From a bacterium (lineage in GTDB: Bacteria; Patescibacteriota; Minisyncoccia; Phycocordibacterales; UBA2100), in the NCBI GenBank assembly GCA_009924895.1, contig RFQR01000002.1:1368-65367 (forward strand): a stretch of DNA of 64,000 nt. The letters are read 5' to 3'. This document shows positions 47,754 to 57,208 of the stretch, piece after piece. How positions within the stretch are numbered: the first letter of the stretch is position 1; every line of letters starts with the position of its first letter. Position numbers and translations under genes: made by a program. Under the pieces are notes generated by a model. It worked only from the letters and a program-made list of their open reading frames with translations. It had not been told where the DNA came from and made no database searches.

Positions 47754-50249
47754 ATGGCACGAAAATCCGCTGCGCCAACACCAAGCCCTGCCCCTGAAAC
47801 AGCGCCGCAAACGGGTGTTGTCGCTCGTTCAATTACCTCTGAAATGCGCGAGTCATACCTCGACTATGCGATGTCGGTTATTACAGCGCGCGCGCTTCCC
47901 GACGTGCGTGACGGCTTAAAGCCGGTGCACCGCCGCATTCTTTTCATGATGAACAAGCTCGGCCTCACCGCTGGCGGTAAGACACGCAAGTCCGCAACGG
48001 TTGTGGGTGAAGTTATGGGAAAGCTCCATCCGCACGGTGATATGGCGATTTACGATGCGCTTGCAAAAATGGCGCAGGATTTTTCGATGCGCTATCCGCT
48101 TATCATCGGGCAAGGAAACTTTGGTTCTATCGACGGTGATAACCCCGCAGCGATGCGCTATACAGAAGCAAAAATGTCACGCCTCGGTAGTGAGATGCTT
48201 CGTGATATTGAAAAAGAGACGGTAAACTTCTTGCCCAACTACGACAATACCGAAGAGGAGCCGCATGTCTTGCCGACTGCGGTGCCAAACCTTCTCTTGA
48301 ACGGCACGCTTGGTATTGCGGTGGGCATGGCGACTAATGTACCGCCGCATAACTTGCGCGAAGTCTGTGCCGCCACAGTGCATCTTATTGATGATCCTAA
48401 AGCGACAACTGAAGACCTTTTGCAGCATGTGCAAGGGCCTGATTTTCCGACAGGCTGTATTGCATTTAATCAGAAAGATTTGGCACATGCCTACGCTACG
48501 GGGCGCGGTCCTGTTGTTGTGCGCGGCGAGACAGAGATAGTAGAAGGAAAAAAAGAAGACTACTCAATCATCATCACGTCGATCCCATATCGCGTAAACA
48601 AAGCAGATCTTCTCACGCGCATTGCAGATTTGGTACATGAGAAAAAGCTCGAAGGCATCCGCGACGTTCGCGACGAATCGGCAAAAGATATTCGCGTTGT
48701 GATTGAGCTTAAGAACAATGCTAATCCACAGACGGTTCTAAACTTTCTGTACAAACACACGCAGCTCGAGGAGACATTTCACTACAACGTCGTGGCGCTT
48801 GTCGACGGTGTGCCGCAGACCCTGTCACTCAAAGCTATTCTTGAAAACTTTATAGCCCACCGCAAAGAAGTAGTGACCCGTCGCACGAAATTCGACCTCA
48901 CCAAAGCACAGGCACGCGAGCACATTTTGCTTGGTCTCAAGAAAGCGCTCGATCACATTGACGAAATAATCGCGCTCATTAAGAAGTCGAAAACAGTCGA
49001 CGAAGCCCGTATGGGCCTCATGACAAAGTTCAAGTTCTCCGAGATTCAGGCGAATGCAATCCTTGACATGCGCCTCCAGAAACTTGCAGGCCTCGAGCGC
49101 AAGAAAATAGAGGATGAATTGAAAGAGGTGCAGGCTCTTATCGAATACCTCCAGACGCTTCTCAAGAGCGAAAAAAAGATGATGGATCTTATCAAAAAAG
49201 AGATTGGAGAGATTTCTGAGAAGTACGGCGATGACCGTCGGACAAAAATCGTAAAGCGTGGCGCACAGATCTTGAACGCCGAAGATTTAATTGCTGACGA
49301 GGAGAGTGTGCTGGTTCTCACCAAGGGGGGTTATATCAAACGCACCAATCCATCCGAATACCGTAAGCAAAAGCGCGGCGGAGTGGGTGTTGTTGATCTT
49401 GATACGAAAGATGAAGACTTTGTTACGCATTTTGTGACAGCCTCTGCTCATTGCGACATGCTCTTTTTCTCCGATCGAGGTAAGGCATATCAGATCAAGA
49501 TGTACGAATTACCAGAGGGAAAGCGTGCGACGAAAGGTAAGTCAATCATGAATTTTATTTCGCTCGAACAAGGCGAAACCATCACCTCGATTCTCCCCAT
49601 GCCGAAAGAGGCAAAAGAGACAGCAGGACTCTCCCTTATGCTCGCGACACGACAGGGGACCGTGAAGAAAACGTCTGCTGCCGCATTTAAAGAAGTACGC
49701 CGCTCAGGGCTTATCGCAATCACGCTCGACAAAGGCGACTCGCTTATTTCTGCGCAGTTTGTTCGCAAAGGGGATGATTTTATTTTGGTAACCACCGAAG
49801 GGCAATCGATTCGATTTGCAGAGGATGAGGTGCGCGAAATGGGACGACAGGCGGGCGGCGTGCGTGGTATGAAGCTCGATAAGAATGATGCGATTGTGGG
49901 TGGCGGTGTTATTCCAAAAGATGCAGAGGATGCCGATCTTCTTGTTGTTTCTTCGACAGGCTACGGAAAAAAGACATCACTTTCTGAATACAAGACACAA
50001 GGCAGGGGTGGTAGTGGCATTAAGACCATGCAAATTACGGCAAAAACCAGAGAGCTCGTCGGTGCTGCGGTTATTAAAGAAAAAGGGTGCGAAATTGTTG
50101 CGATGTCAAAGAAAAGTCAGACGATTCGTACGAGTGTTGACGAATTGCCAACGCTTTCCCGCGCGACACAAGGTGTTCGCGTCATGAAACTGTACGAAGG
50201 AGACAGTGTTGCCTCGTTCGTGATATTTGAGGGTGGTAGCGAAGAATAG
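47754..50249 (+). CDS. gyrA: DNA gyrase subunit A
   Basis: DGLKPVHRR, HPHGD, AAMRYTE, GyrA box QKRGGVG. Confidence 0.97.
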   Translation: MARKSAAPTPSPAPETAPQTGVVARSITSEMRESYLDYAMSVITARALPDVRDGLKPVHRRILFMMNKLGLTAGGKTRKSATVVGEVMGKLHPHGDMAIYDALAKMAQDFSMRYPLIIGQGNFGSIDGDNPAAMRYTEAKMSRLGSEMLRDIEKETVNFLPNYDNTEEEPHVLPTAVPNLLLNGTLGIAVGMATNVPPHNLREVCAATVHLIDDPKATTEDLLQHVQGPDFPTGCIAFNQKDLAHAYATGRGPVVVRGETEIVEGKKEDYSIIITSIPYRVNKADLLTRIADLVHEKKLEGIRDVRDESAKDIRVVIELKNNANPQTVLNFLYKHTQLEETFHYNVVALVDGVPQTLSLKAILENFIAHRKEVVTRRTKFDLTKAQAREHILLGLKKALDHIDEIIALIKKSKTVDEARMGLMTKFKFSEIQANAILDMRLQKLAGLERKKIEDELKEVQALIEYLQTLLKSEKKMMDLIKKEIGEISEKYGDDRRTKIVKRGAQILNAEDLIADEESVLVLTKGGYIKRTNPSEYRKQKRGGVGVVDLDTKDEDFVTHFVTASAHCDMLFFSDRGKAYQIKMYELPEGKRATKGKSIMNFISLEQGETITSILPMPKEAKETAGLSLMLATRQGTVKKTSAAAFKEVRRSGLIAITLDKGDSLISAQFVRKGDDFILVTTEGQSIRFAEDEVREMGRQAGGVRGMKLDKNDAIVGGGVIPKDAEDADLLVVSSTGYGKKTSLSEYKTQGRGGSGIKTMQITAKTRELVGAAVIKEKGCEIVAMSKKSQTIRTSVDELPTLSRATQGVRVMKLYEGDSVASFVIFEGGSEE

Positions 50250-50333
50250 TTTTCCCCGGCTCTGTAAGTAGGGTACTCACCGTGCCGTATAATCGATTCA
50301 TGTCCAGCCGTAATGTAGTGACGCTTTTTGTGT

Positions 50334-50924
50334 ATGCAAAAGACTGACTCAATACAGGAGCCGAATGACTTTCAAAGTGTCCAGTCTAGTACTGCTGGAT
50401 TTGCTCACCCACCACGCACTGTTGCTGCGATGCATATAGAGCTCGGCATGAAAGTTGCTGACTTTGGCTCAGGCTCTGGTGCCTACGCACTTTTGTTTGC
50501 CGACGCCGTAGGCCCGCAAGGGCGCGTATATGCAATCGATATTCAAAAAGACCTCTTACGACGCACGCACACGATGGCAGTGCAAAAAAATCTTCACAAC
50601 ATTGAAATTATTTGGGGTGATGTAGAACTTCCGCATGGTTCCAAGCTAGCCGACAAGCTTCTCGATCTCGTGCTTATCTCCAATCTCCTGTTTCAAGTCA
50701 CGGGTAAGGGAGAACTCATGAAAGAAGCACGGCGCGTGTTGAAATCAGGAGGTCGATTAGTGGTCGTGGACTGGTCGGACTCATTCGGCGGCTTAGGACC
50801 GCAGCCAGGAGACATTGTCACAGAAGAAAAAGCGCGCATCCTTGCACAGGCGCACGGATTTTTGTTTCAGAAATCGTTTGACGCGGGCGCTCATCATTAC
50901 GGTATGATATTCGATACGGTATGA
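50334..50924 (+). CDS. Class I SAM-dependent methyltransferase
   Basis: VADFGSGSG, LKSGGRLVVVDW. Confidence 0.85.
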   Translation: MQKTDSIQEPNDFQSVQSSTAGFAHPPRTVAAMHIELGMKVADFGSGSGAYALLFADAVGPQGRVYAIDIQKDLLRRTHTMAVQKNLHNIEIIWGDVELPHGSKLADKLLDLVLISNLLFQVTGKGELMKEARRVLKSGGRLVVVDWSDSFGGLGPQPGDIVTEEKARILAQAHGFLFQKSFDAGAHHYGMIFDTV

Positions 50925-52270
50925 AGAAGTCATCACCCTTTCAAATCATTGTTCTGTGTATTTTTGGCGCACTCGGAGTCGGCTCCATGATTGTTTTTGC
51001 GCTTTTTGTAAATGGCAATCAGACCGCACGCACGGGACCCGTCGTGATCTGGGGCACGCTTGACGGAAAAGTGTTTGAATCGGTGTTGAAGTACCTTTCC
51101 GAAGAAAATGAGGTCTATAAAGAAACAACGTATGTACAGAAGGGTGCCACTGATTTTCCCGACGTGCTTGCGCGAGCTCTCGCATCGGGTCAAGGACCAG
51201 ATCTTGTGCTTCTCAGCCAAGATCAGGCGTATCTGGAGGCGCCAAATATGCTCAGATTCCCTGAGTCCGAGATCTCCCCATCACAATTTACTGATATGTA
51301 CGTGTATTCAGCAGCACCGTTTGTAACTGCAGAGGGGGTTATGGCAATTCCTGTTATCGCTGATCCGCTCATTTTGTATTCAAACAAAGATTTACTCGCA
51401 GCAGCAGGATACTCGCTTCCGCCCAAATACTGGGATGAGCTTTTTGACATGGCGCGCGTTATTACGGGGTGCGGTGTAGCACGTGGTGGTACCGTCGGAT
51501 ACGTGACTGGCTGCGATCGCGATTCACTCTCAATTAAAAAAGCAACGATTGCGCTTGGCACCTACGATAATGTTGATCATGCCAAAGACATTCTGAGTAC
51601 CATCATTTTACAAAGTGGCGGAAGCATTACGCGTCGCGATGAGTCAGGGGCACTCATAAGTGCGCTCATTACACGAGGCAACCAGAGCACCTCGCCTACT
51701 GAGAGTGCACTGCGTTTCTACACCGAATTTTCGGACCCTTCAAAAGATGATTACAGCTGGAGCTCGGCGATGCGCGACTCCCGCTCGGCCTTTAGCGCTG
51801 GCGATCTTGCGCTCTATATCGGGTATGCGAGCGAGCGCTACCTTATTGCAAACGCAAATCCTAACCTGAATGTCGGCTATTCGTTTTTACCGCAGATACG
51901 CAATAAAAACAGCGTGATAACCGGCGCTCGAGTATACGGTCTCGCAATACCTCGGACGAGTACGAACCCAACTGGTGCTGCGCAAGTTGCGTATAATTTT
52001 TCGGATAGTTTTGCATCTCTCGTTACGGCAAACGCCTATGGTGTCGTATCAGCTCGTCGCGATGTTCTCTCACAAGGAGGGTCCAAGGTAGTTCCGTCGC
52101 TATTTGCTTCCTCGACCATCGTGAGTGCGTCGTGGATTGATCCTGATCCGCAAAAGACAGACGCTCTCTTTCGCGCTATGATTACTGATGTTGTGAGCGG
52201 CACGGTACGTCTCACCGAAGGCGCCTCCCGAGCTGATCAGCAACTAAAAGCTATACTTGATGTACCATGA
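50921..52270 (+). CDS. Extracellular solute-binding protein (family 1-like)
   Basis: N-terminal TM, LASGQGPD, LYSNKDL, PKYWDE. Confidence 0.75.
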   Translation: MKKSSPFQIIVLCIFGALGVGSMIVFALFVNGNQTARTGPVVIWGTLDGKVFESVLKYLSEENEVYKETTYVQKGATDFPDVLARALASGQGPDLVLLSQDQAYLEAPNMLRFPESEISPSQFTDMYVYSAAPFVTAEGVMAIPVIADPLILYSNKDLLAAAGYSLPPKYWDELFDMARVITGCGVARGGTVGYVTGCDRDSLSIKKATIALGTYDNVDHAKDILSTIILQSGGSITRRDESGALISALITRGNQSTSPTESALRFYTEFSDPSKDDYSWSSAMRDSRSAFSAGDLALYIGYASERYLIANANPNLNVGYSFLPQIRNKNSVITGARVYGLAIPRTSTNPTGAAQVAYNFSDSFASLVTANAYGVVSARRDVLSQGGSKVVPSLFASSTIVSASWIDPDPQKTDALFRAMITDVVSGTVRLTEGASRADQQLKAILDVP

Positions 52271-52653
52271 ACCGAATACTCATTTTTCTTGTCATGATAG
52301 CCCCGATTGTTGCGTTTGCAGGAACGCAAGGCGGCAAATTCGAGAATCCATTGACACTAGAAGATTTTCGAGAGTTTGTAGCCGCTCTCATGAAGGTGGT
52401 CGTTATTTTCGGTATGCCACTTGTCGCGCTCGCACTGGTATATTCTGGTTTTTTGTTTGCAAAGGCGCGTGGCAACAGTAGGGATTTAGATACTGCAAAG
52501 AAAAATTTCAAAAATACTATCTACGGGGCCGTGCTTATCATGGGGGCATGGGTCTTTGCGATGGCGCTCTGGGGTACCGTAGGGCAGATTATTAATGGCG
52601 GAGGCGGGGGAAGTGCAACGCCGTCGCCTCCTGTGAGGACCATCAGTGCATAG
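52267..52653 (+). CDS. VirB2/TrbC-like pilin
   Basis: Signal peptide, NPL motif, two TM with A..N....AK linker. Confidence 0.7.
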   Translation: MNRILIFLVMIAPIVAFAGTQGGKFENPLTLEDFREFVAALMKVVVIFGMPLVALALVYSGFLFAKARGNSRDLDTAKKNFKNTIYGAVLIMGAWVFAMALWGTVGQIINGGGGGSATPSPPVRTISA

Positions 52654-52667
52654 AACAAGATTATAGT

Positions 52668-52964
52668 ATGAATCGATTTTTCACGATGCTGGTGTTTCTC
52701 TTTCTTCCAACGCTTTCGTTTGCAGCAGGCAAGACCGTCATGGACATTGCCAAGATGATCACAACCTATATCAACATGGTGATTGCGCTCATGATTACGG
52801 CAGGCCTTGTTATATTTCTTTTTTCAGCGCTCAAAGGTTTTGGTTCATCGGGGGAAGGAAAGTCGGAATTTAAAAGAGTTCTTATTTGGGGTGTTATTGC
52901 GCTTTTTGTGATGGTATCAGTCTGGGGACTCGTCACGCTGATAAAAAACACGATAGCTATTTAA
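52668..52964 (+). CDS. VirB2/TrbC-like pilin
   Basis: Signal peptide; WGVIALFVMVSVWGLV. Confidence 0.7.
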   Translation: MNRFFTMLVFLFLPTLSFAAGKTVMDIAKMITTYINMVIALMITAGLVIFLFSALKGFGSSGEGKSEFKRVLIWGVIALFVMVSVWGLVTLIKNTIAI

Positions 52965-52969
52965 AATTC

Positions 52970-53344
52970 ATGAAACGCATACTTGCAGTTGCAATACTCG
53001 TACCAGAATTTGTCTGTGCGCAGTCGCTCTATCAGGTGTGGAATGTTGCAAACCTGTTTTCCGGTATCCTTATTGTTGTTTCATTTATTTTCTTTTTTGG
53101 TGGTTTTGCCCTCTACATAGCACGGCTTGGCCGTACCTACCGCTCAGAAGGAATCGACCTCATGCAATGGGGTGTTTCTTTTCTGTTTGTTTTTTTGGTG
53201 CTGAGCACCATTTCCCGATGGACGCTTCTGTACCCATGGGCGATTCCCTGGGTATTTGCGCTCCTCATCATCGGTCTTTTTATGGTCTATATCCTCCCTG
53301 AACTCATCGCGGGCGGTGGCGAAAAGAAGAAAGAACACGACTAG
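52970..53344 (+). CDS. Divergent pilin-like membrane protein
   Basis: FFFGG..Y....EG..LMQWGV pattern plus an extra TM. Confidence 0.55.
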   Translation: MKRILAVAILVPEFVCAQSLYQVWNVANLFSGILIVVSFIFFFGGFALYIARLGRTYRSEGIDLMQWGVSFLFVFLVLSTISRWTLLYPWAIPWVFALLIIGLFMVYILPELIAGGGEKKKEHD

Positions 53345-53430
53345 TGCTTGTCCACAGAGCAGCTAAGTGTCCCTTGTGCCTCTTTTCTAATGGCGGTACC
53401 ATTAAATCATTAACGAAATAAACAGCATTT

Positions 53431-53820
53431 ATGTCTTTTAGAAAGATAACAGCTTCGGTTTCTGGTGTTGCGCTCTCTGCTCTGCCATTTATTGCTTTTG
53501 CACAGGCACCTTCTCTTAACCGCGGTATTACTGGAGTATTGTTGACATTGAACAATGCGCTCAACATGCTTATTGGCATTTTGATTACCGCGGCAATTGT
53601 TGTTTTCTTTTACGGATTAGTAAAGTATCTATGGTCGAATGCGGGTGAGGAGAAACAGAACGCCATCAAGATCATGGTGAATGGCGTTGTGGTTATATTC
53701 GTGATGGTATCTATTTGGGGGTTAGTTGCTCTTCTTCAATTCACTCTTGGTGTCAATGGTCGCCAAAACATTACGTTCCCAACAGGTGCTCCAGTAAACA
53801 GCACGCCTACACTTAACTAA
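53431..53820 (+). CDS. VirB2/TrbC-like pilin
   Basis: Signal peptide AFA|Q; FFYGLVKY..; FVMVSIWGLV. Confidence 0.7.
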   Translation: MSFRKITASVSGVALSALPFIAFAQAPSLNRGITGVLLTLNNALNMLIGILITAAIVVFFYGLVKYLWSNAGEEKQNAIKIMVNGVVVIFVMVSIWGLVALLQFTLGVNGRQNITFPTGAPVNSTPTLN

Positions 53821-53889
53821 CTCTTCAGGTTTTCAACAAAAACGCCAGGATGACCTAGCTTTTTTGTGTTGGTACGATAGGATTGCCTC

Positions 53890-54204
53890 ATGGTTCAAGG
53901 AGCGCAAGCTATTCGAGATGCGGCAATCACATACGTCATAGATCCGATTTTGATGCTCATGTTTTCACTTGGGTTCTTCTTTTTTGTGTTAGGTATCGTT
54001 GAATTTTTATGGAAAATGAAAGATGGGAAGGTAAGCGAAGAAGGAAAAGAACATATGAAATGGGGACTTCTCGGTATGGTCATCATGAGCAGTATATGGG
54101 GCATCATCGCGCTCATCGATAACTCTCTTGGTCTTAATTTGGGTAATCCGCGAAACCCGAACATCGACGCGTCTCAAATCCCGAGTCTCGAGCGGATTCG
54201 GTAG
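53890..54204 (+). CDS. VirB2/TrbC-like pilin
   Basis: GKEHMKWGLLGMVIMSSIWGII. Confidence 0.65.
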   Translation: MVQGAQAIRDAAITYVIDPILMLMFSLGFFFFVLGIVEFLWKMKDGKVSEEGKEHMKWGLLGMVIMSSIWGIIALIDNSLGLNLGNPRNPNIDASQIPSLERIR

Positions 54205-54213
54205 GAAAGATTG

Positions 54214-54294
54214 TGGGCGAGAGAGGACTTGCACCTCCACGTCTTCCGACATTAGCTCCTAAGGCTAACGCGTCTTCTATTTCGCCACTCGCCC
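54214..54294 (-). tRNA. tRNA-Leu(TAG)
   Basis: GGGCGAG acceptor, TTAGC-CTTAGGA-GCTAA, T-loop TGCAAGT. Confidence 0.9.
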
Positions 54295-54330
54295 AGTGTG
54301 CGCGTACTGTACCATAACTTTTTTTCTTGT

Positions 54331-54631
54331 CGTAGGGACTGTTTGTCTTTCAGTCGGTAAGCTGTAATATTTTTCCCGTCGCAAAAATATTTAGTTTCCC
54401 CACGCCTCGCCCGTTTTTCCTACTGGAAAAACATGGCTCCGGCTCGGACTTGTAACAAAAAACATTCCGCAGGGACTGTTTTTCTTTCAAGTCCCCAATC
54501 TGTTCATTTTTTGTCGTCACAAAAAATGCCAGACTGGGCACGGCTCGCGGTTTTGCATTGCTGTTCAAAACAACGCTCCGCCTCGGACAATGTCAGAAAA
54601 CCTGCCGTAGGGCAGGTTGTTGTGTACATTG
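54331..54631 (-). repeat. Two tandem structured modules downstream of tRNA-Lys
   Basis: GAGGCGGAGC and GAGCCGGAGC units with CAGCA/CAGTA and GTGACG/GCGACG loops; 22-bp direct repeat 54331/54468. Confidence 0.7.
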
Positions 54632-54704
54632 TCCGCCCACTAGGATTCGAACCTAGGACCGTCTCGTTAAGAGCGAGCTGCTCTACCAACTGAGCTATGG
54701 GCGG
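54632..54704 (-). tRNA. tRNA-Lys(CTT)
   Basis: CCGCCCA/TGGGCGG acceptor, loop CTCTTAA. Confidence 0.92.
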
Positions 54705-54768
54705 ATACTGGTGCATTGTACACAAAAAAAGCGTATTGGAAACCTTAGAATATTTGATTTAGAAAAAA

Positions 54769-54797
54769 AGTGAGGGCGCCCCAAGGGCGCCCTCACT
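54769..54797 (-). terminator. prs terminator
   Basis: AGTGAGGGCGCC stem, T-run on minus strand. Confidence 0.7.
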
Positions 54798-55756
54798 CAT
54801 TTTGTTTTCAAAATGAGAGATGACAGTGACTCGTCTTGGTGAATCCGTCGAATTGCTTGCGCCAGAAGTGGCGCGACAGATATCAGTACAAACTTTCCGT
54901 TTTTACCCGAGAGCTTTTCGGGAGTCAAAACAGTGTCGGTAAGAAATACTTGAGTAAATGCGCTTTTGCTCAGGTTGTCGAGCGCGTTACCTGAGAGTAT
55001 TCCATGTGTTGCATACGCAAAGATGCGTTTTGCTCCCGCTTTTTTTGCTGCCTCTGCATCGGCAATCATGGTGCCACCGGTATCTATCATGTCGTCAACA
55101 AAGAGAACGTCTTTGTTTTTGACACTACCAATGATTTGAATACGCTTGTCGACCATGCCCGGTGCGACGCGCCGCTTTGAGAAAATCACACAGTCATCTT
55201 GACCGAGATACTGTGCATATTGTAGCGCTCTCGCTGTCCCTCCTTTATCAGGAGATGCCACAACGAATGACTTGTTGAGCACTCTGTGAAGATACGGAAC
55301 AGCGGCATGCGAACTATACAGATGATCTGTTACCATGGGCTCAAAGTGCGCCGCTGTCGCTTCAGAGTGTAGGTCCAGCAATAGCGCGCGGTCAGCCCCG
55401 GTGAGTTTCAGGGTCTCAATGGCAGCTTTTGCCGCAACTGGTACGCGGGGTCTGTCTTTTCTGTCTTGGCGATTGTAACCAAGGTATGGAATAACCAAGG
55501 TCACACGCCCCGCTGATGCCATGCGCGCTGCTTTTCCAAGCAGCATCATTTCGAAAAAGTTTTCAGCTGGCGGCGGTGTTGAGTTGATGATAAAAACATC
55601 AGCTCCTCGCACATCAGCTTGCAACTCGATTCGAACTTCTCCATCGTTGAACCTCCCAACAATTGCCGGCGAAGGGTCAATGCTCAGGAGCTCAGCAATG
55701 CGTGGTACTAAGTGGTTGCTGGCATTTCCTGAAAAAAGGCGAATTTGTCTATTCAT
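54797..55756 (-). CDS. prs: Ribose-phosphate pyrophosphokinase
   Basis: FNDGE, YNRQDRK, DLHS, SPDKGG, VDDMIDTGGT. Confidence 0.95.
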   Translation of the reverse strand: MNRQIRLFSGNASNHLVPRIAELLSIDPSPAIVGRFNDGEVRIELQADVRGADVFIINSTPPPAENFFEMMLLGKAARMASAGRVTLVIPYLGYNRQDRKDRPRVPVAAKAAIETLKLTGADRALLLDLHSEATAAHFEPMVTDHLYSSHAAVPYLHRVLNKSFVVASPDKGGTARALQYAQYLGQDDCVIFSKRRVAPGMVDKRIQIIGSVKNKDVLFVDDMIDTGGTMIADAEAAKKAGAKRIFAYATHGILSGNALDNLSKSAFTQVFLTDTVLTPEKLSGKNGKFVLISVAPLLAQAIRRIHQDESLSSLILKTK

Positions 55757-55833
55757 TGGTACCTCCTTCTGTTCTGCGCTCGTATGCGCCTGAAAGCAGG
55801 ATACTACAACCCCATATATTCACAATCTACGTG

Positions 55834-55907
55834 AGACCCGGGCCGGAATTGCACCGGCGCATAAGAGTTTTGCAGACTCCCGTGTTAACTAACTTCACCA
55901 CCGGGTC
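55834..55907 (-). tRNA. tRNA-Cys(GCA)
   Basis: GACCCGG acceptor, GGAGT-CTGCAAA-ACTCT, U73. Confidence 0.9.
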
Positions 55908-56038
55908 GTGAGGTGTACTCTAACATAAAATGGGATTACAATCATAAATAAAGCAATTTTCCGTCGTGTGTCGAGATGGTGGCGGTCAACGAGCTTTGAG
56001 GTTAGATTGTTTAGAATCTTGATAGTGAGTGAATATTT

Positions 56039-56125
56039 GCCGGGATGATGGAATGGTAGACATCAGACACTTAAAATGTCTTGCTGGGTAACACTGGCGT
56101 GTGGGTTCGAGTCCCACTCCCGGCA
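56039..56125 (+). tRNA. tRNA-Leu(TAA)
   Basis: GCCGGGA acceptor, AGACA-CTTAAAA-TGTCT, long variable arm. Confidence 0.93.
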
Positions 56126-56298
56126 CTAAAACATCCAAAACCGAGGCAGTGCCTCGGTTTTGTGTATGTTTTTGCCGCGAGTAGGGCTCGTAAGTGAGGA
56201 CTGAGGACCCGTCAGCAGACGGGGATGTCCGAACAGGACCGAGAGGAGTATGTTTGCGACGGCGAACATACGAGCTCTTGGTCGAGCTCCTTCGGCAC
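56121..56298 (+). repeat. Structured module downstream of tRNA-Leu(TAA)
   Basis: Hairpin, antisense tRNA-3'-like segment, CAGCA and GCGACG loops, ends in tRNA-like TCGAGCTCCTTCGGCAC. Confidence 0.6.
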
Positions 56299-56394
56299 AG
56301 ACAAAAAAAGAAAAACGTGGCGATTTTTTTAAGCACATGACCGAGCCACTCTCAGCACAGAAAAGTTTTTTGTTTGTAGTGTAAAATATAGAGT

Positions 56395-56863
56395 ATGGAA
56401 AACGATGAGCCGTTTTTGCGAATGGCGATAGAGAACTCAAAAAAAATCTATGAACGGCAGGAACTTTCCCGCGGGGGCAGTGGTTGTAAAAGATGGAGAA
56501 GTGATCTCGTCCGAAATCAGTTCGCCGTACCCTGGACTTTTTCATGCGGACTCTAAAGCTGTGTCAACAGCGTTTCAAAAAAGTGGCGTCCAGAAAGGCG
56601 CAATCTTGTATGTGGGTCTTGAGCCGTGTCTCATGTGTACCAGTGTTGCGTATTGGGCAGGGATACGCCGCATTGTATTTGCTATACCGAAGTCCAACGT
56701 GTCCAGTAATTACTATGAGACGCATAACGATACTCACAATGTTGTCGCAGCGTTTAATGAGTATATGAACATCGTTCACTTGAAATCACTGGAGCCGGAG
56801 GTATTGGAGGTCGTGAGGAAGTGGGAGAACAACCACTCGACGGATCTATCGTCAGTTATTTAG
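56395..56863 (+). pseudogene. Nucleoside deaminase-family gene with +1 frameshift in an A8 tract
   Basis: MENDEPFLRMAIENSKK joins SMNGRNFPAGAVVV if one A is removed; HAD..PCLMC. Confidence 0.65.
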
Positions 56864-56887
56864 AATGGCTCAGGATTTTACTGAGTA

Positions 56888-57208
56888 CTATTTCCCCCTC
56901 AACCCCTCATCAACCGCCTGACGATTTTTCTCGCCATAGTCGATAACCACCTCGATAAACGGTGGGCGACCGATGCCAGCTTTGTGAATAAAGGCTTTGA
57001 GCTCGGTGCGATTGCGTTTTGCAAATGCAAGCGCATCTTGTTCTGCTGACTCTGGCATCACTGAAATATAAATTGTCGAGTTTTTGAGATCGGGAGAAAC
57101 ATCTGCTCGTGTCACCGTGATGAGCGACGTTCCGTTTGATTCGCGCACAAAAAACTCTGCCGCATAGTGGGCAAGGGCTTCAGCTATTTGGATACGTCGG
57201 TGGTTCAT
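56888..57208 (-). CDS. rbfA: Ribosome-binding factor A
   Basis: ITVTRADVSPDLKNSTIYIS; downstream of infB. Confidence 0.85.
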   Translation of the reverse strand: MNHRRIQIAEALAHYAAEFFVRESNGTSLITVTRADVSPDLKNSTIYISVMPESAEQDALAFAKRNRTELKAFIHKAGIGRPPFIEVVIDYGEKNRQAVDEGLRGK

